IMG/VR virus record: IMGVR_UViG_2585427710_000015 | DNA from: a virus | Lineage: Duplodnaviria; Heunggongvirae; Uroviricota; Caudoviricetes | Direction: 5' to 3' (one strand) | Length of the DNA stretch: 8,949 bases | Part shown: positions 1 through 6,944 of the stretch, piece by piece | Position numbering within the stretch: position 1 is the stretch's first letter | Layout of the letters: every line of letters begins with the position of its first letter | The notes under the pieces: generated by a model | The model's database searches: none | Told to the model about the DNA's origin: nothing | Seen by the model: the letters and a program-made list of their open reading frames with translations, nothing else | Position numbers and translations under genes: made by a program

Positions 1-696
1 CAGGATATTCACGAAGCAAGCCTGAACGAGTCGGTTAAATCAGAGCAGTCACCGCGGGTGGTGCTCTGGGAAATCGACCTGACGGTGCAGGGCGGTGAGC
101 GGTATTTTTTCTGCAATGAGCTGAATGAAAAAGGGGAGCCGGTGACCTGGCAGGGGCGTGAATATCAGGCGTACCCGATTGAGGGGAGTGGCTTTGAGAT
201 GAACGGAAAGGGCAGCAGTGCCCGCCCGTCGCTGACGGTGTCCAATCTTTTCGGCCTTGTCACCGGGATGGCGGAGGATTTGCAGAGCCTGGTGGGGGCC
301 ACGGTGGTCCGTCGCCGGGTGTATGCGCGTTTTCTGGATGCGGTGAACTTTGTGGCAGGCAATCCTGAGGCAGACCCGGAGCAGGAGCTGAGAGACCGCT
401 GGGTGGTGGAGCAGATGTCAGAGCTGACGGCCATGACAGCCTCGTTTGTGCTGGCAACACCGACGGAGACGGACGGAGCGCTGTTTCCCGGTCGCATCAT
501 GCTGGCGAACACCTGTATGTGGGATTACCGGGGCGATGAATGCGGGTATAACGGTCCGGCAGTGGCGGATGAGTTCGACAACCCCACCACGGATATCCGG
601 AAGGACAGATGCAGTAAATGCATGCGCGGGTGTGAGATGCGCGGCATGGTGGCTAATTTTGGCGGTTTCCTTTCCATTAATAAACTTTCGCAGTAA
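1..696 (+). CDS. L: Tail tip assembly protein L (gpL-like), 5'-partial: the frame is open from base 1 and the true start lies upstream of the window
   Basis: Frame 1 is open from position 1 (QDIHEASLNESVKSEQSPRVVLWEIDLT...) to TAA at 694-696. Translation matches my recollection of lambda gpL along its length (VLWEIDLT..GERYFFCNE..NEKGEPVTWQGR..GRIMLANTC.W.YRGDECGY..FGGFLSINKLSQ). The C-terminal Cys cluster (C..C..CSKC..C) is present. Synteny L-K-I-J supports the call. Similarity is recalled, not computed. Confidence 0.9.
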   Translation, partial: QDIHEASLNESVKSEQSPRVVLWEIDLTVQGGERYFFCNELNEKGEPVTWQGREYQAYPIEGSGFEMNGKGSSARPSLTVSNLFGLVTGMAEDLQSLVGATVVRRRVYARFLDAVNFVAGNPEADPEQELRDRWVVEQMSELTAMTASFVLATPTETDGALFPGRIMLANTCMWDYRGDECGYNGPAVADEFDNPTTDIRKDRCSKCMRGCEMRGMVANFGGFLSINKLSQ

Positions 697-706
697 ATCC
701 CGTTTT

Positions 707-1450
707 ATGACACAGACTGAATCAGCGATTCTGGCGCATGCCCGGCGGTGTGCGCCTGCGGAGTCGTGCGGCTTCGTGGTGAGAACGCCGGAGGGGGAGC
801 GGTATCAGCCGTGTGTGAATATCTCTGCAGAGCCGGAGGCGTATTTTCGTATTGCACCGGAAGACTGGCTGCGGGCAGAGATGCAGGGGGAGATTGTGGC
901 ACTGGTCCACAGTCATCCCGGTGGTCTGCCCTGGCTGAGCGAGGCCGACCGGCGGCTGCAGATAAAAAGTGCACTGCCCTGGTGGCTGGTCTGCCGGGGG
1001 GAAATTCACAAATTCCGCTGTGTGCCGCACCTGACCGGACGGCGCTTTGAACACGGGGTGACGGACTGTTACACCCTGTTCCGGGATGCATACCATCTGG
1101 CGGGGATTGAGATGCCGGATTTTCACCGTGAGGATGACTGGTGGCGCAACGGTCAGAACCTGTACCTGGACAATATGGAGGCCACCGGCTTTTACCGGGT
1201 GTCCCTGTCCTCTGCACAGGCAGGCGATATCCTGCTGTGCTGCTTTGGCGCATCGGTGCCGAATCATGCCGCCATTTACTGTGGCAACGGTGAGCTGCTT
1301 CACCATATACCTGAACAACTGAGTAAACGGGAGAGGTATTCAGAGAAATGGCAACGACGAACGCATTCTGTCTGGCGTCACCGCCACTGGTCCGCATCTG
1401 CCTTCACGGGGATTTACAACGATTTGGTCGCCGCATCAGTCTGTATGTGA
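707..1450 (+). CDS. K: Tail tip assembly protein K (gpK-like) with MPN/JAMM and NlpC/P60 motifs
   Basis: ATG at 707 lies 10 nt after the L stop with no obvious SD, so translational coupling is possible. The ORF runs to 1450 (247 aa). A JAMM-type motif H-S-H-x7-S-x2-D (HSHPGGLPWLSEAD) and NlpC/P60-like Cys (DCYTLF) and His (NHAAIY) are visible. The 3' end overlaps I by 103 nt in another frame, as I recall for lambda K/I. The listed ORF beginning at 446 is the same frame running back into L; 707 is the first ATG after the L stop. An internal start (e.g. the ATG at 881) cannot be excluded. Confidence 0.88.
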   Translation: MTQTESAILAHARRCAPAESCGFVVRTPEGERYQPCVNISAEPEAYFRIAPEDWLRAEMQGEIVALVHSHPGGLPWLSEADRRLQIKSALPWWLVCRGEIHKFRCVPHLTGRRFEHGVTDCYTLFRDAYHLAGIEMPDFHREDDWWRNGQNLYLDNMEATGFYRVSLSSAQAGDILLCCFGASVPNHAAIYCGNGELLHHIPEQLSKRERYSEKWQRRTHSVWRHRHWSASAFTGIYNDLVAASVCM

Positions 1451-2028
1451 ACACGGCAGCGGAGGCCATCCGTGCCCTGTCGCAGCAGGTGCCGGGATTC
1501 CGCTGTCAGATGAACGAAGGCTGGTACCAGATACGTATTGCCGGTGAGGATACCGCGCCGGAGGCGGTGTATGCCCGTCTTCATGAACCGCTGAGCGGGA
1601 GGGCCGTGATTCATATTGTACCGAGGCTGGCAGGGGCCGGGGGAAATGGTGTTTTTCAGGTGGTGCTGGGGGTTGCAGCGATTGTCGGGTCATTTTTCAC
1701 TGGTGGTGCAACACTGGCGGCATGGGGCGCAGCCCTGAGTGCCGGAGGGCTGACTGCCACCACGATGCTGTTCTCACTGGGTGCCAGCATGATACTGGGT
1801 GGTGTGGCTCAGATGCTGGCCCCGAAGGCAACGACGCCGGAGTATAAAAGCACGGATAACGGCAGACAGAACACGTATTTTTCGTCACTGGATAACATGA
1901 TTGCCCAGGGGAACCCGATGCCGGTGCCTTACGGTGAAATGCTGGTTGGTTCACGACGGATATCCCAGGACATCAGCACCCGTGATGAGGGCGGAGACGG
2001 GAAAGTGGTGGTTATCGGACGGGGATAA
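1348..2028 (+). CDS. I: Tail tip assembly protein I (gpI-like)
   Basis: 226-aa ORF. The motifs RICL.GDLQRFGRRI, AVIHIVPR.AGA and the Gly/Ala-rich hydrophobic stretch (GSFFTGGATLAAWGAA..GG.T) plus the C-terminal NTYFSSLDNM.AQGN..PV.YGEM.VGSR..SQ.IST.DEG match recalled lambda gpI. The start overlaps the K 3' end by 103 nt. Confidence 0.9.
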   Translation: MATTNAFCLASPPLVRICLHGDLQRFGRRISLYVNTAAEAIRALSQQVPGFRCQMNEGWYQIRIAGEDTAPEAVYARLHEPLSGRAVIHIVPRLAGAGGNGVFQVVLGVAAIVGSFFTGGATLAAWGAALSAGGLTATTMLFSLGASMILGGVAQMLAPKATTPEYKSTDNGRQNTYFSSLDNMIAQGNPMPVPYGEMLVGSRRISQDISTRDEGGDGKVVVIGRG

Positions 2029-2066
2029 AAATAAAAAAATCCCGCAGAGTTAGCGGAGCTGCGGGA
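2029..2066 (-). terminator. Intrinsic (rho-independent) terminator for leftward transcription, placed immediately right of the I stop codon
   Basis: Read on the minus strand: UCCCGCAG-cuccgcuaacu-CUGCGGGA followed by UUUUUUUAUUUUUAU. The stem is 8 bp and GC-rich (+ coords 2040-2047 pairing with 2059-2066), the loop 11 nt, and the U-tract is the complement of + 2029-2039. On the + strand the same hairpin is followed by AGAGAUACG with no U-run, so it terminates only leftward transcripts. Confidence 0.7.
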
Positions 2067-2127
2067 AGAGATACGAAGATTAACTGTAAGGAGTTATTAT
2101 TATGTCACAGCAAAAAAACGGTAACGC
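2029..2127 (-). ncRNA. Candidate ~95-100 nt small RNA, transcribed leftward from the promoter at 2134-2161 and ending at the terminator at 2029-2066
   Basis: A near-consensus sigma70 promoter and an intrinsic terminator on the same (minus) strand bracket about 95 nt with no plausible ORF. Predicted RNA, 5' end approximate: cugcguuaccguuuuuuugcugugacauaauaauaacuccuuacaguuaaucuucguaucucuucccgcagcuccgcuaacucugcgggauuuuuuuauuuuuau. The TSS is predicted and the RNA is hypothetical until detected. Confidence 0.4.
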
Positions 2128-2140
2128 AGAGAAATTATAA
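2102..2140 (+). CDS. Tiny ORF (12 codons, MSQQKNGNAEKL) with a strong Shine-Dalgarno; possibly a leader peptide or a remnant translation start, and possibly not expressed
   Basis: TAAGGAG at 2087-2093 is followed after 8 nt by ATG at 2102, and the ORF ends at TAA 2138-2140. The SD and the whole ORF are fully complementary to the candidate minus-strand RNA. The peptide is short and hydrophilic and does not look like a type I toxin. Confidence 0.15.
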   Translation: MSQQKNGNAEKL

Positions 2141-2161
2141 GCGCCACTGGGATTTTGTGAA
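2134..2161 (-). promoter_or_regulatory. Sigma70-like promoter on the minus strand: -35 TTCACA, 16-bp spacer, -10 TATAAT
   Basis: On the minus strand, -35 TTCACA is the reverse complement of + 2156-2161 (5/6 match to TTGACA). The 16-bp spacer is the complement of + 2140-2155. The -10 TATAAT is the complement of + 2134-2139 and is a perfect consensus hexamer. The upstream minus-strand sequence, which is the 27-bp repeat, is AT-rich and could act as an UP-like element. Predicted TSS is near + coordinate 2127. Confidence 0.55.
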
Positions 2162-2187
2162 AATGTGAAGAATTTCAGAAATTTTAT
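2161..2187. repeat. Copy 1 of a perfect 27-bp direct repeat AAATGTGAAGAATTTCAGAAATTTTAT containing a CRP-box-like TGTGA-N6-TCAGA
   Basis: Identical 27-mers occur at 2161-2187 and 2340-2366. The flanking sequence 5' of each copy is similar but degenerate (cactgggattttg versus cacgggaatttg). The core resembles the CRP consensus AAATGTGA-N6-TCACATTT, with AAATGTGA exact and TCAGA versus TCACA. Confidence 0.8.
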
Positions 2188-2339
2188 GTTGCGGAGCTGA
2201 ACTAAAAAACGCTCCCGCAATACACCTGGATATTAACGGGAGGAACGAATAGTCACCTTAAGGAGTTGCGATTAATTGCTTTTATTGACCGCAGGTAATC
2301 TACCCATCCGGCAAGGTTTCCTCCACGGGAATTTGCCGG

Positions 2340-2366
2340 AAATGTGAAGAATTTCAGAAATTTTAT
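2340..2366. repeat. Copy 2 of the perfect 27-bp direct repeat (CRP-box-like TGTGA-N6-TCAGA)
   Basis: Identical to 2161-2187 and 179 bp downstream of it. It lies 12 nt upstream of the rightward terminator hairpin and 86 nt upstream of the J start codon. Confidence 0.8.
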
Positions 2367-2377
2367 TCCGTCATGAC

Positions 2378-2409
2378 ACAGGCACCCTCCGGGGTGCCTG
2401 TCGTTTTCT
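2378..2409 (+). terminator. Intrinsic terminator on the + strand, 43 nt upstream of the J start
   Basis: Perfect 10-bp inverted repeat ACAGGCACCC (2378-2387) / GGGTGCCTGT (2392-2401) with a 4-nt loop UCCG, followed by CGUUUUCUG. On the minus strand no U-run follows the hairpin. Confidence 0.6.
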
Positions 2410-2451
2410 GGCATAAACAGATTCAGACATCAGACAGGAGAGGGGGACAGA

Positions 2452-5400
2452 GTGGGTAAAGGGGGTGGCAAGGGGCACACACCGCGTGAGGCGAAGGACA
2501 ATCTCAAATCCACGCAGATGATGAGCGTGATTGATGCCATCGGTGAGGGACCGGTGGAAGGCCCGGTGAAGGGACTGCAGAGTATTCTGGTGAACAAAAC
2601 CCCGCTGACGGACACGGACGGTAATCCCGTGATACACGGTGTGACCGCCGTCTGGCGTGCCGGGGAGCAGGAGCAGACACCGCCGGAAGGCTTTGAGTCC
2701 TCCGGTGCTGAAACCGCACTGGGCGTGGAAGTGACGAAGGCAAAGCCGGTGACGCGCACCATTACGTCCGCGAACATTGACCGCCTGCGGGTCACCTTCG
2801 GGGTGCAGTCACTGTTGGAGACCACCTCAAAGGGCGACCGTAATCCCTCTTCTGTCCGACTGCTGATTCAGTTGCAGCGTAACGGTAACTGGGTGACGGA
2901 AAAGGATGTCACCATTAACGGCAAGACCACCTCACAGTACCTGGCGTCGGTGATTCTGGAGAATCTGCCTGAGCGGCCCTTTAACATCCGGATGGTCCGG
3001 GAGACGGCGGACAGCACCACGGACCAGCTGCAGAATAAGACGCTCTGGTCGTCATACACCGAAATCATCGATGTGAAACAGTGCTACCCGAACACGGCCA
3101 TTGTGGGGCTGCAGGTGGATGCGGAGCAGTTCGGCGGCCAGCAGATGACGGTGAACTACCATATCCGCGGTCGCATCATCCAGGTGCCGTCAAACTATGA
3201 CCCGGAAAAACGCACCTACAGCGGTATCTGGGACGGCAGCCTGAAACCGGCATACAGCAATAACCCGGCCTGGTGCCTGTGGGACATGCTGACTCACCCG
3301 CGCTACGGGATGGGAAAACGCCTGGGGGCCGCGGATGTGGACAAGTGGGCGCTGTATGCCATCGGGCAGTACTGCGACCAGACGGTCCCGGATGGTTTCG
3401 GGGGCACAGAGCCGCGGATGACCTTTAATGCGTACCTGTCACAGCAGCGTAAGGTGTGGGATGTCCTGGGGGATTTCTGCTCGGCGATGCGCTGTATGCC
3501 GGTATGGAACGGTCAGACGCTGACGTTCGTTCAGGACCGTCCGTCGGATGTGGTGTGGCCGTACACGAACAGCGATGTGGTGGTGGATGATAACGGCGTG
3601 GGGTTCCGCTACAGCTTCAGCGCCCTGAAGGACCGCCACACGGCGGTGGAGGTGAATTACACCGACCCGCAGAACGGCTGGCAGACCTCCACGGAACTGG
3701 TGGAAGACCCGGAAGCCATACTGCGCTACGGGCGCAACCTGCTGAAGATGGATGCGTTCGGCTGTACCAGCCGCGGTCAGGCCCACCGTGCCGGACTGTG
3801 GGTGATAAAGACAGAACTGCTGGAAACGCAGACGGTGGATTTCACGCTCGGGTCTCAGGGGCTGCGGCACACACCCGGTGACATCATTGAAATCTGTGAT
3901 AACGACTATGCCGGGACCCTGACCGGCGGACGCATCCTGTCCATCGATGCCGCCAGCCGCACACTGACGCTGGACCGTGAGGTGACACTGCCGGAAGCAG
4001 GTACATCGACGGTGAACCTGATTAACGGCCGTGGTAAGCCGGTGCGCGTGGACATCACTGCACAACCCGCCCCGGACCGGATACAGGTCAGCACCCTGCC
4101 TGATGGTGTGGAGACATACGGTGTATGGGGACTCTCCCTGCCGTCACTGCGTCGTCGCCTGTTCCGCTGTGTCTCCATCCGGGAAAACACGGACGGCACC
4201 TTTGCCATCACGGCGGTGCAGCACGTACCGGAAAAAGAAGCCATCGTGGATAACGGGGCCCGCTTTGAGCCGATGTCCGGCTCACTGAACAGCGTCATCC
4301 CGCCGGCGGTGCAGCACCTCACGGTGGAGGTGAGTGCCTCAGACGGCCAGTATCTGGCGCTGGCGAAATGGGACACGCCGCGGGTGGTGAAGGGTGTGCG
4401 CTTCAGTCTGCGCCTGACCAGCGGAAGCGGTGAAAACAGCCGTCTGGTGACCAGCGCCATCACTGCCGACACGGAGCACCGTTTCAGTGGCCTGCCGCCC
4501 GGGGAATACACCCTGACGGTCAGGGCGATAAACAGCTACGGCCAGCAGGGCGAACCTGCCACCACCACGTTCCGGATTAACGCACCGGCAGCACCGGCCA
4601 GCATTGAACTGACGCCGGGGTATTATCAGATAACGGCGGTCCCGCATCTTACGGTGTATGACCCGACGGTACAATTTGAGTTCTGGTTTTCGGAGGCAAA
4701 AGTCGCAGACACCGCACAGGTGGAAACGTCCGGCCGTTATCTGGGTACCGGCAGCCAGTGGAGTGTCTCCGGCCCGCACATTAAGCCCGGGAAGGATTTC
4801 TGGTTTTATGTGCGCAGCGTCAACCTGGTGGGGAAATCTGCGTTTGTGGAGGCCAGCGGGCAGGCCAGCAATGATGGTGAAGGGTATCTGGAAATTTTCC
4901 GTGGGCTGATAGATGAGGCGCTGCTGGGGAAGGCACTGAAAGAGCGTATTGATGCGTCAGCCCTGCGTACTGAGGTCACGCAACTGGAAGAAGACATCCG
5001 CCAGCGGCTGGAGACGGATGTTGCGGAAGTGACCCGAAAAATCGGGGAGGCGGAAAACAGCCTCACGCAGCTGGTTGCGAAAAAGAATGAGGACCAGACG
5101 CTGGCCATCGCGCAGGTGAGTCAGCAGGTGGACCGGGTGAGCAGTGAAATCACACAGACAGTCAGCCAGAGCACGGAGGAAAACGCCAGGCAGATAGCGC
5201 AGGTCCGCCAGTACGTGGATGACAAAGGGAGTGAAATCACCTCGACCACGGATAAAAAGCTGGAAGACCAGAGCGCGACCATACAGCAGATACAGCAGGT
5301 CCAGTCAGACACGAATGATGAGCTGGCAGCGCTGTACATGCTGAAGGTGCAGAAAACGAAAAACGGCATTCCGTATGTTGCCGGTATTGGTGCGGGGATT

Positions 5401-6147
5401 GAGGATGCTGATGGCCAGACGCTGAGCAATATTCTGCTGCAGGCGGACCGTATCGCGATGATTACCCCGGAGAACGGCAACACCACGCCGCTATTTGTGG
5501 CGCAGGGGAATCAGTTGTTCATGAACGATGTGTTCCTGAAGCGGCTGTTTGCGGTGAGTATCACCTCGTCCGGCAATCCCCCGACGTTTTCCCTGACGCC
5601 GGAGGGCAGGCTGACGGCCCGCAATGCGGACATCAGCGGACATATCAGTGCGAACTCGGGCACGCTCAATAATGTTGTGATAGCGGAGAACTGTACGATA
5701 AATGGCACGCTGAAAGCGGGAAACATCATCGGGGATCTTATCAAGGGCGGGAGTGGCGCTTTCCCGCGTCAGAATGAGGGCAGTGTGAACTGGCCTTCCG
5801 GAACGCGCACGTTCACTGTGTATGATGATCACCCGTTTGACCGCCAGATAGTGGTACTTCCGCTGACATTTCGCGGAAGCAGGCGTACCGACAGCGGCAG
5901 AACAACATATTCGATGTGTTATCTGAAGGTGCTGATGAACGGTGCAGTGATTTATGACGGCGTGGCGAATGATGCACCTCAGGTTTTCGCCCGAATTGTG
6001 GATATGCGTGCGGGAGGTGGACACGTAACCCTGACATTCACGGTCACGTCCACACGGCATTCGGGAAATATTCCGCCGGATACGTTTGCCAGTGATGTAC
6101 AGGTTCTTGTGATGAAAAAGGGGGCATCAGGTATCAGTATCAGCTGA
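2452..6147 (+). CDS. J: Central tail fibre / host specificity protein J (gpJ-like), 1231 aa
   Basis: GTG start at 2452, preceded by AGGAG at 2436-2440 and a G-rich stretch. The N-terminus [22 protein letters not shown] and the protein throughout are collinear with recalled lambda gpJ (1132 aa). The C-terminus (...[21 protein letters not shown]) is also lambda-like. There is about 100 aa of extra heptad-like sequence around residues 809-980 relative to lambda. Confidence 0.95.
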   Translation: MGKGGGKGHTPREAKDNLKSTQMMSVIDAIGEGPVEGPVKGLQSILVNKTPLTDTDGNPVIHGVTAVWRAGEQEQTPPEGFESSGAETALGVEVTKAKPVTRTITSANIDRLRVTFGVQSLLETTSKGDRNPSSVRLLIQLQRNGNWVTEKDVTINGKTTSQYLASVILENLPERPFNIRMVRETADSTTDQLQNKTLWSSYTEIIDVKQCYPNTAIVGLQVDAEQFGGQQMTVNYHIRGRIIQVPSNYDPEKRTYSGIWDGSLKPAYSNNPAWCLWDMLTHPRYGMGKRLGAADVDKWALYAIGQYCDQTVPDGFGGTEPRMTFNAYLSQQRKVWDVLGDFCSAMRCMPVWNGQTLTFVQDRPSDVVWPYTNSDVVVDDNGVGFRYSFSALKDRHTAVEVNYTDPQNGWQTSTELVEDPEAILRYGRNLLKMDAFGCTSRGQAHRAGLWVIKTELLETQTVDFTLGSQGLRHTPGDIIEICDNDYAGTLTGGRILSIDAASRTLTLDREVTLPEAGTSTVNLINGRGKPVRVDITAQPAPDRIQVSTLPDGVETYGVWGLSLPSLRRRLFRCVSIRENTDGTFAITAVQHVPEKEAIVDNGARFEPMSGSLNSVIPPAVQHLTVEVSASDGQYLALAKWDTPRVVKGVRFSLRLTSGSGENSRLVTSAITADTEHRFSGLPPGEYTLTVRAINSYGQQGEPATTTFRINAPAAPASIELTPGYYQITAVPHLTVYDPTVQFEFWFSEAKVADTAQVETSGRYLGTGSQWSVSGPHIKPGKDFWFYVRSVNLVGKSAFVEASGQASNDGEGYLEIFRGLIDEALLGKALKERIDASALRTEVTQLEEDIRQRLETDVAEVTRKIGEAENSLTQLVAKKNEDQTLAIAQVSQQVDRVSSEITQTVSQSTEENARQIAQVRQYVDDKGSEITSTTDKKLEDQSATIQQIQQVQSDTNDELAALYMLKVQKTKNGIPYVAGIGAGIEDADGQTLSNILLQADRIAMITPENGNTTPLFVAQGNQLFMNDVFLKRLFAVSITSSGNPPTFSLTPEGRLTARNADISGHISANSGTLNNVVIAENCTINGTLKAGNIIGDLIKGGSGAFPRQNEGSVNWPSGTRTFTVYDDHPFDRQIVVLPLTFRGSRRTDSGRTTYSMCYLKVLMNGAVIYDGVANDAPQVFARIVDMRAGGGHVTLTFTVTSTRHSGNIPPDTFASDVQVLVMKKGASGISIS

Positions 6148-6166
6148 CGGTTTATTAACCCGGACG

Positions 6167-6190
6167 GGCACCCGAAGTGGTGCCTTTTTT
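6167..6190 (+). terminator. Intrinsic terminator after J
   Basis: Stem GGCACC (6167-6172) / GGUGCC (6179-6184), 6-nt loop, followed by UUUUUUAUU (6185-6193). It starts 20 nt after the J stop (TGA 6145-6147). Confidence 0.6.
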
Positions 6191-6215
6191 ATTGACTGAA
6201 AACAAAGAGGTAATC

Positions 6216-6839
6216 ATGCGGTATTTATACGGAGCCATTTTATTTTTTACCACCCTGCCGGCAGTAATGACTTTTCCTGCACAGGCTGCAGGCGGACACG
6301 GTGCATTTTCCGTTGGATATGCTCAGGTTCACCCGGGCGGCGTGCCGGTATTGTCCGGTACCGGTGCCCGTACAGGTGATTTAAAAGGGATCAACGTGAA
6401 ATACCGTTATGAATTCACGGACCATCTGGGCGGCATAGCCTCGCTGAGTTACGCCTCTGCGAAAAAGAGCAGAACCACGATGACCGGGGATAAGGCATTT
6501 CATTATGAAAGTCTGCGTGGCCGTTATGTGAGCCTGATGGCGGGGCCGGTCTGGCAGGTCAGTGAGCAGCTCAGTCTTTATGGCATGGCCGGGATGGCGC
6601 ACACCCGCTGGTCTGACAGTGTTCAGGATTACCGGCGTGATGAAGTGACACCGGGGGATGTCAGGGTGACCACCACTGCCAGTGATGGCCATTCTGCACG
6701 TCATCTGACGCTGGCATGGGGGGCAGGGCTTCAGTTTAATCCGGCGGATACGGTGGCGGTTGATCTTGCGTACGAAGTGGCCGGTCATGGTGACTGGCGA
6801 ACGGATGCGTTTATTGTTGGGATTGGATACCGTTTCTGA
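6216..6839 (+). CDS. lom: Lom-like outer membrane protein (Ail/Lom/PagC/Rck family beta-barrel), a lysogenic-conversion moron
   Basis: ATG at 6216 with AAAGAGG 5 nt upstream. N-terminal signal peptide MRYLYGAILFFTTLPAVMTFPAQA followed by AGGHG. GGHG.F.VGY.QV.PG, LKGINVKYRYE.TD, FHYESLRGRYVS.MAGPV, GDWRTD.FIVG.GY.F match recalled lambda Lom. The position between J and stf matches lambda. The longer ORF from 6177 lacks an RBS and would begin inside the terminator's U-tract. Confidence 0.85.
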   Translation: MRYLYGAILFFTTLPAVMTFPAQAAGGHGAFSVGYAQVHPGGVPVLSGTGARTGDLKGINVKYRYEFTDHLGGIASLSYASAKKSRTTMTGDKAFHYESLRGRYVSLMAGPVWQVSEQLSLYGMAGMAHTRWSDSVQDYRRDEVTPGDVRVTTTASDGHSARHLTLAWGAGLQFNPADTVAVDLAYEVAGHGDWRTDAFIVGIGYRF

Positions 6840-6850
6840 CGGCAGATACA

Positions 6851-6879
6851 GCTTTATCTTCTGTAAATATTGGTATAAT
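6851..6879 (+). promoter_or_regulatory. Candidate sigma70 promoter with extended -10 (TGgTATAAT) between lom and stf
   Basis: TG at 6871-6872, one base, then a perfect TATAAT at 6874-6879. The -35 is weak (GCTTTA at 6851-6856 with a 17-bp spacer). Predicted TSS is near 6886, about 105 nt upstream of the stf ATG and about 60 nt upstream of the next terminator hairpin. Confidence 0.45.
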
Positions 6880-6944
6880 GAGCATGTTCATCACACCTTA
6901 TGGAGTGAACTGCGTCTGAGGAAACGTAAAGTTACACTGTCCTG

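Noticed and set aside
446-706. The 5' extension of the K reading frame back to 446 (ORF listed as 446-1450)
   Set aside because: This part overlaps the 3' half of L in another frame. The first in-frame ATG after the L stop is 707 and begins the lambda-K-like sequence MTQTESAIL.
165-1397. Minus-strand ORFs 165-512, 260-460, 705-1397 and 722-1318, and plus-strand out-of-frame ORFs 748-1050 and 1086-1322
   Set aside because: They lie entirely inside L and K on the opposite strand or in other frames, encode Pro/Arg/Ser-rich low-complexity products, and have no RBS. These are typical shadow ORFs of GC-rich coding DNA.
1414-1954. Minus-strand ORFs 1414-1614, 1436-1693 and 1697-1954 inside I
   Set aside because: Antisense to a well-supported gene, low-complexity products, no translation signals.
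2189-2220. Hairpin TTGCGGAGC-loop-GCTCC(C)GCAA as a terminator
   Set aside because: No U-run follows the stem on either strand, and the stem has a bulge. It is noted only as a structured element sharing GCGGAGCTG with the 2041-2066 hairpin.
2265-2313. Plus-strand promoter using TTGCGA (2266-2271) or TTGACC (2285-2290) as a -35
   Set aside because: No acceptable -10 hexamer lies 16-18 bp downstream of either (ccgcag / ccggca). TAATCT at 2296-2301 has no -35 at proper spacing.
2161-2366. Possibility that the 27-bp repeats are a CRISPR array or terminal repeats of a mobile element
   Set aside because: There are only two copies, the intervening 152 bp is not spacer-like (it shares further similarity with the upstream unit), no cas genes are present, and no terminal inverted repeats or target-site duplications flank the island.
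2430-6060. Numerous ORFs inside J: minus-strand 2371-2637, 2430-2825, 2504-2743, 2868-3068, 3439-4065, 3906-4511, 4339-4779, 4806-5108, 5121-5486, 5491-6060, 5511-5744, 5813-6037, and plus-strand out-of-frame 4031-4288 and 4658-4909
   Set aside because: All are nested within the J coding sequence, which is collinear with lambda gpJ along its full length. The products are Arg/Pro/Cys-rich or low-complexity. They are shadow ORFs.
6177-6215. Upstream start for lom at 6177 (MVPFLLTENKEVIM...)
   Set aside because: It has no RBS and would begin inside the J terminator's U-tract. ATG 6216 has AAAGAGG at the right spacing and yields a canonical signal peptide.
6192-6215. TTGACT at 6192-6197 as the lom promoter -35
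   Set aside because: The lom ATG is only 18 nt downstream, leaving no room for a -10, a transcription start and an RBS.
6843-6867. TACAG-N9-CTGTA inverted repeat as a LexA (SOS) box
   Set aside because: The LexA consensus is CTGT-N8-ACAG; here both the half-site order and the spacing are wrong.
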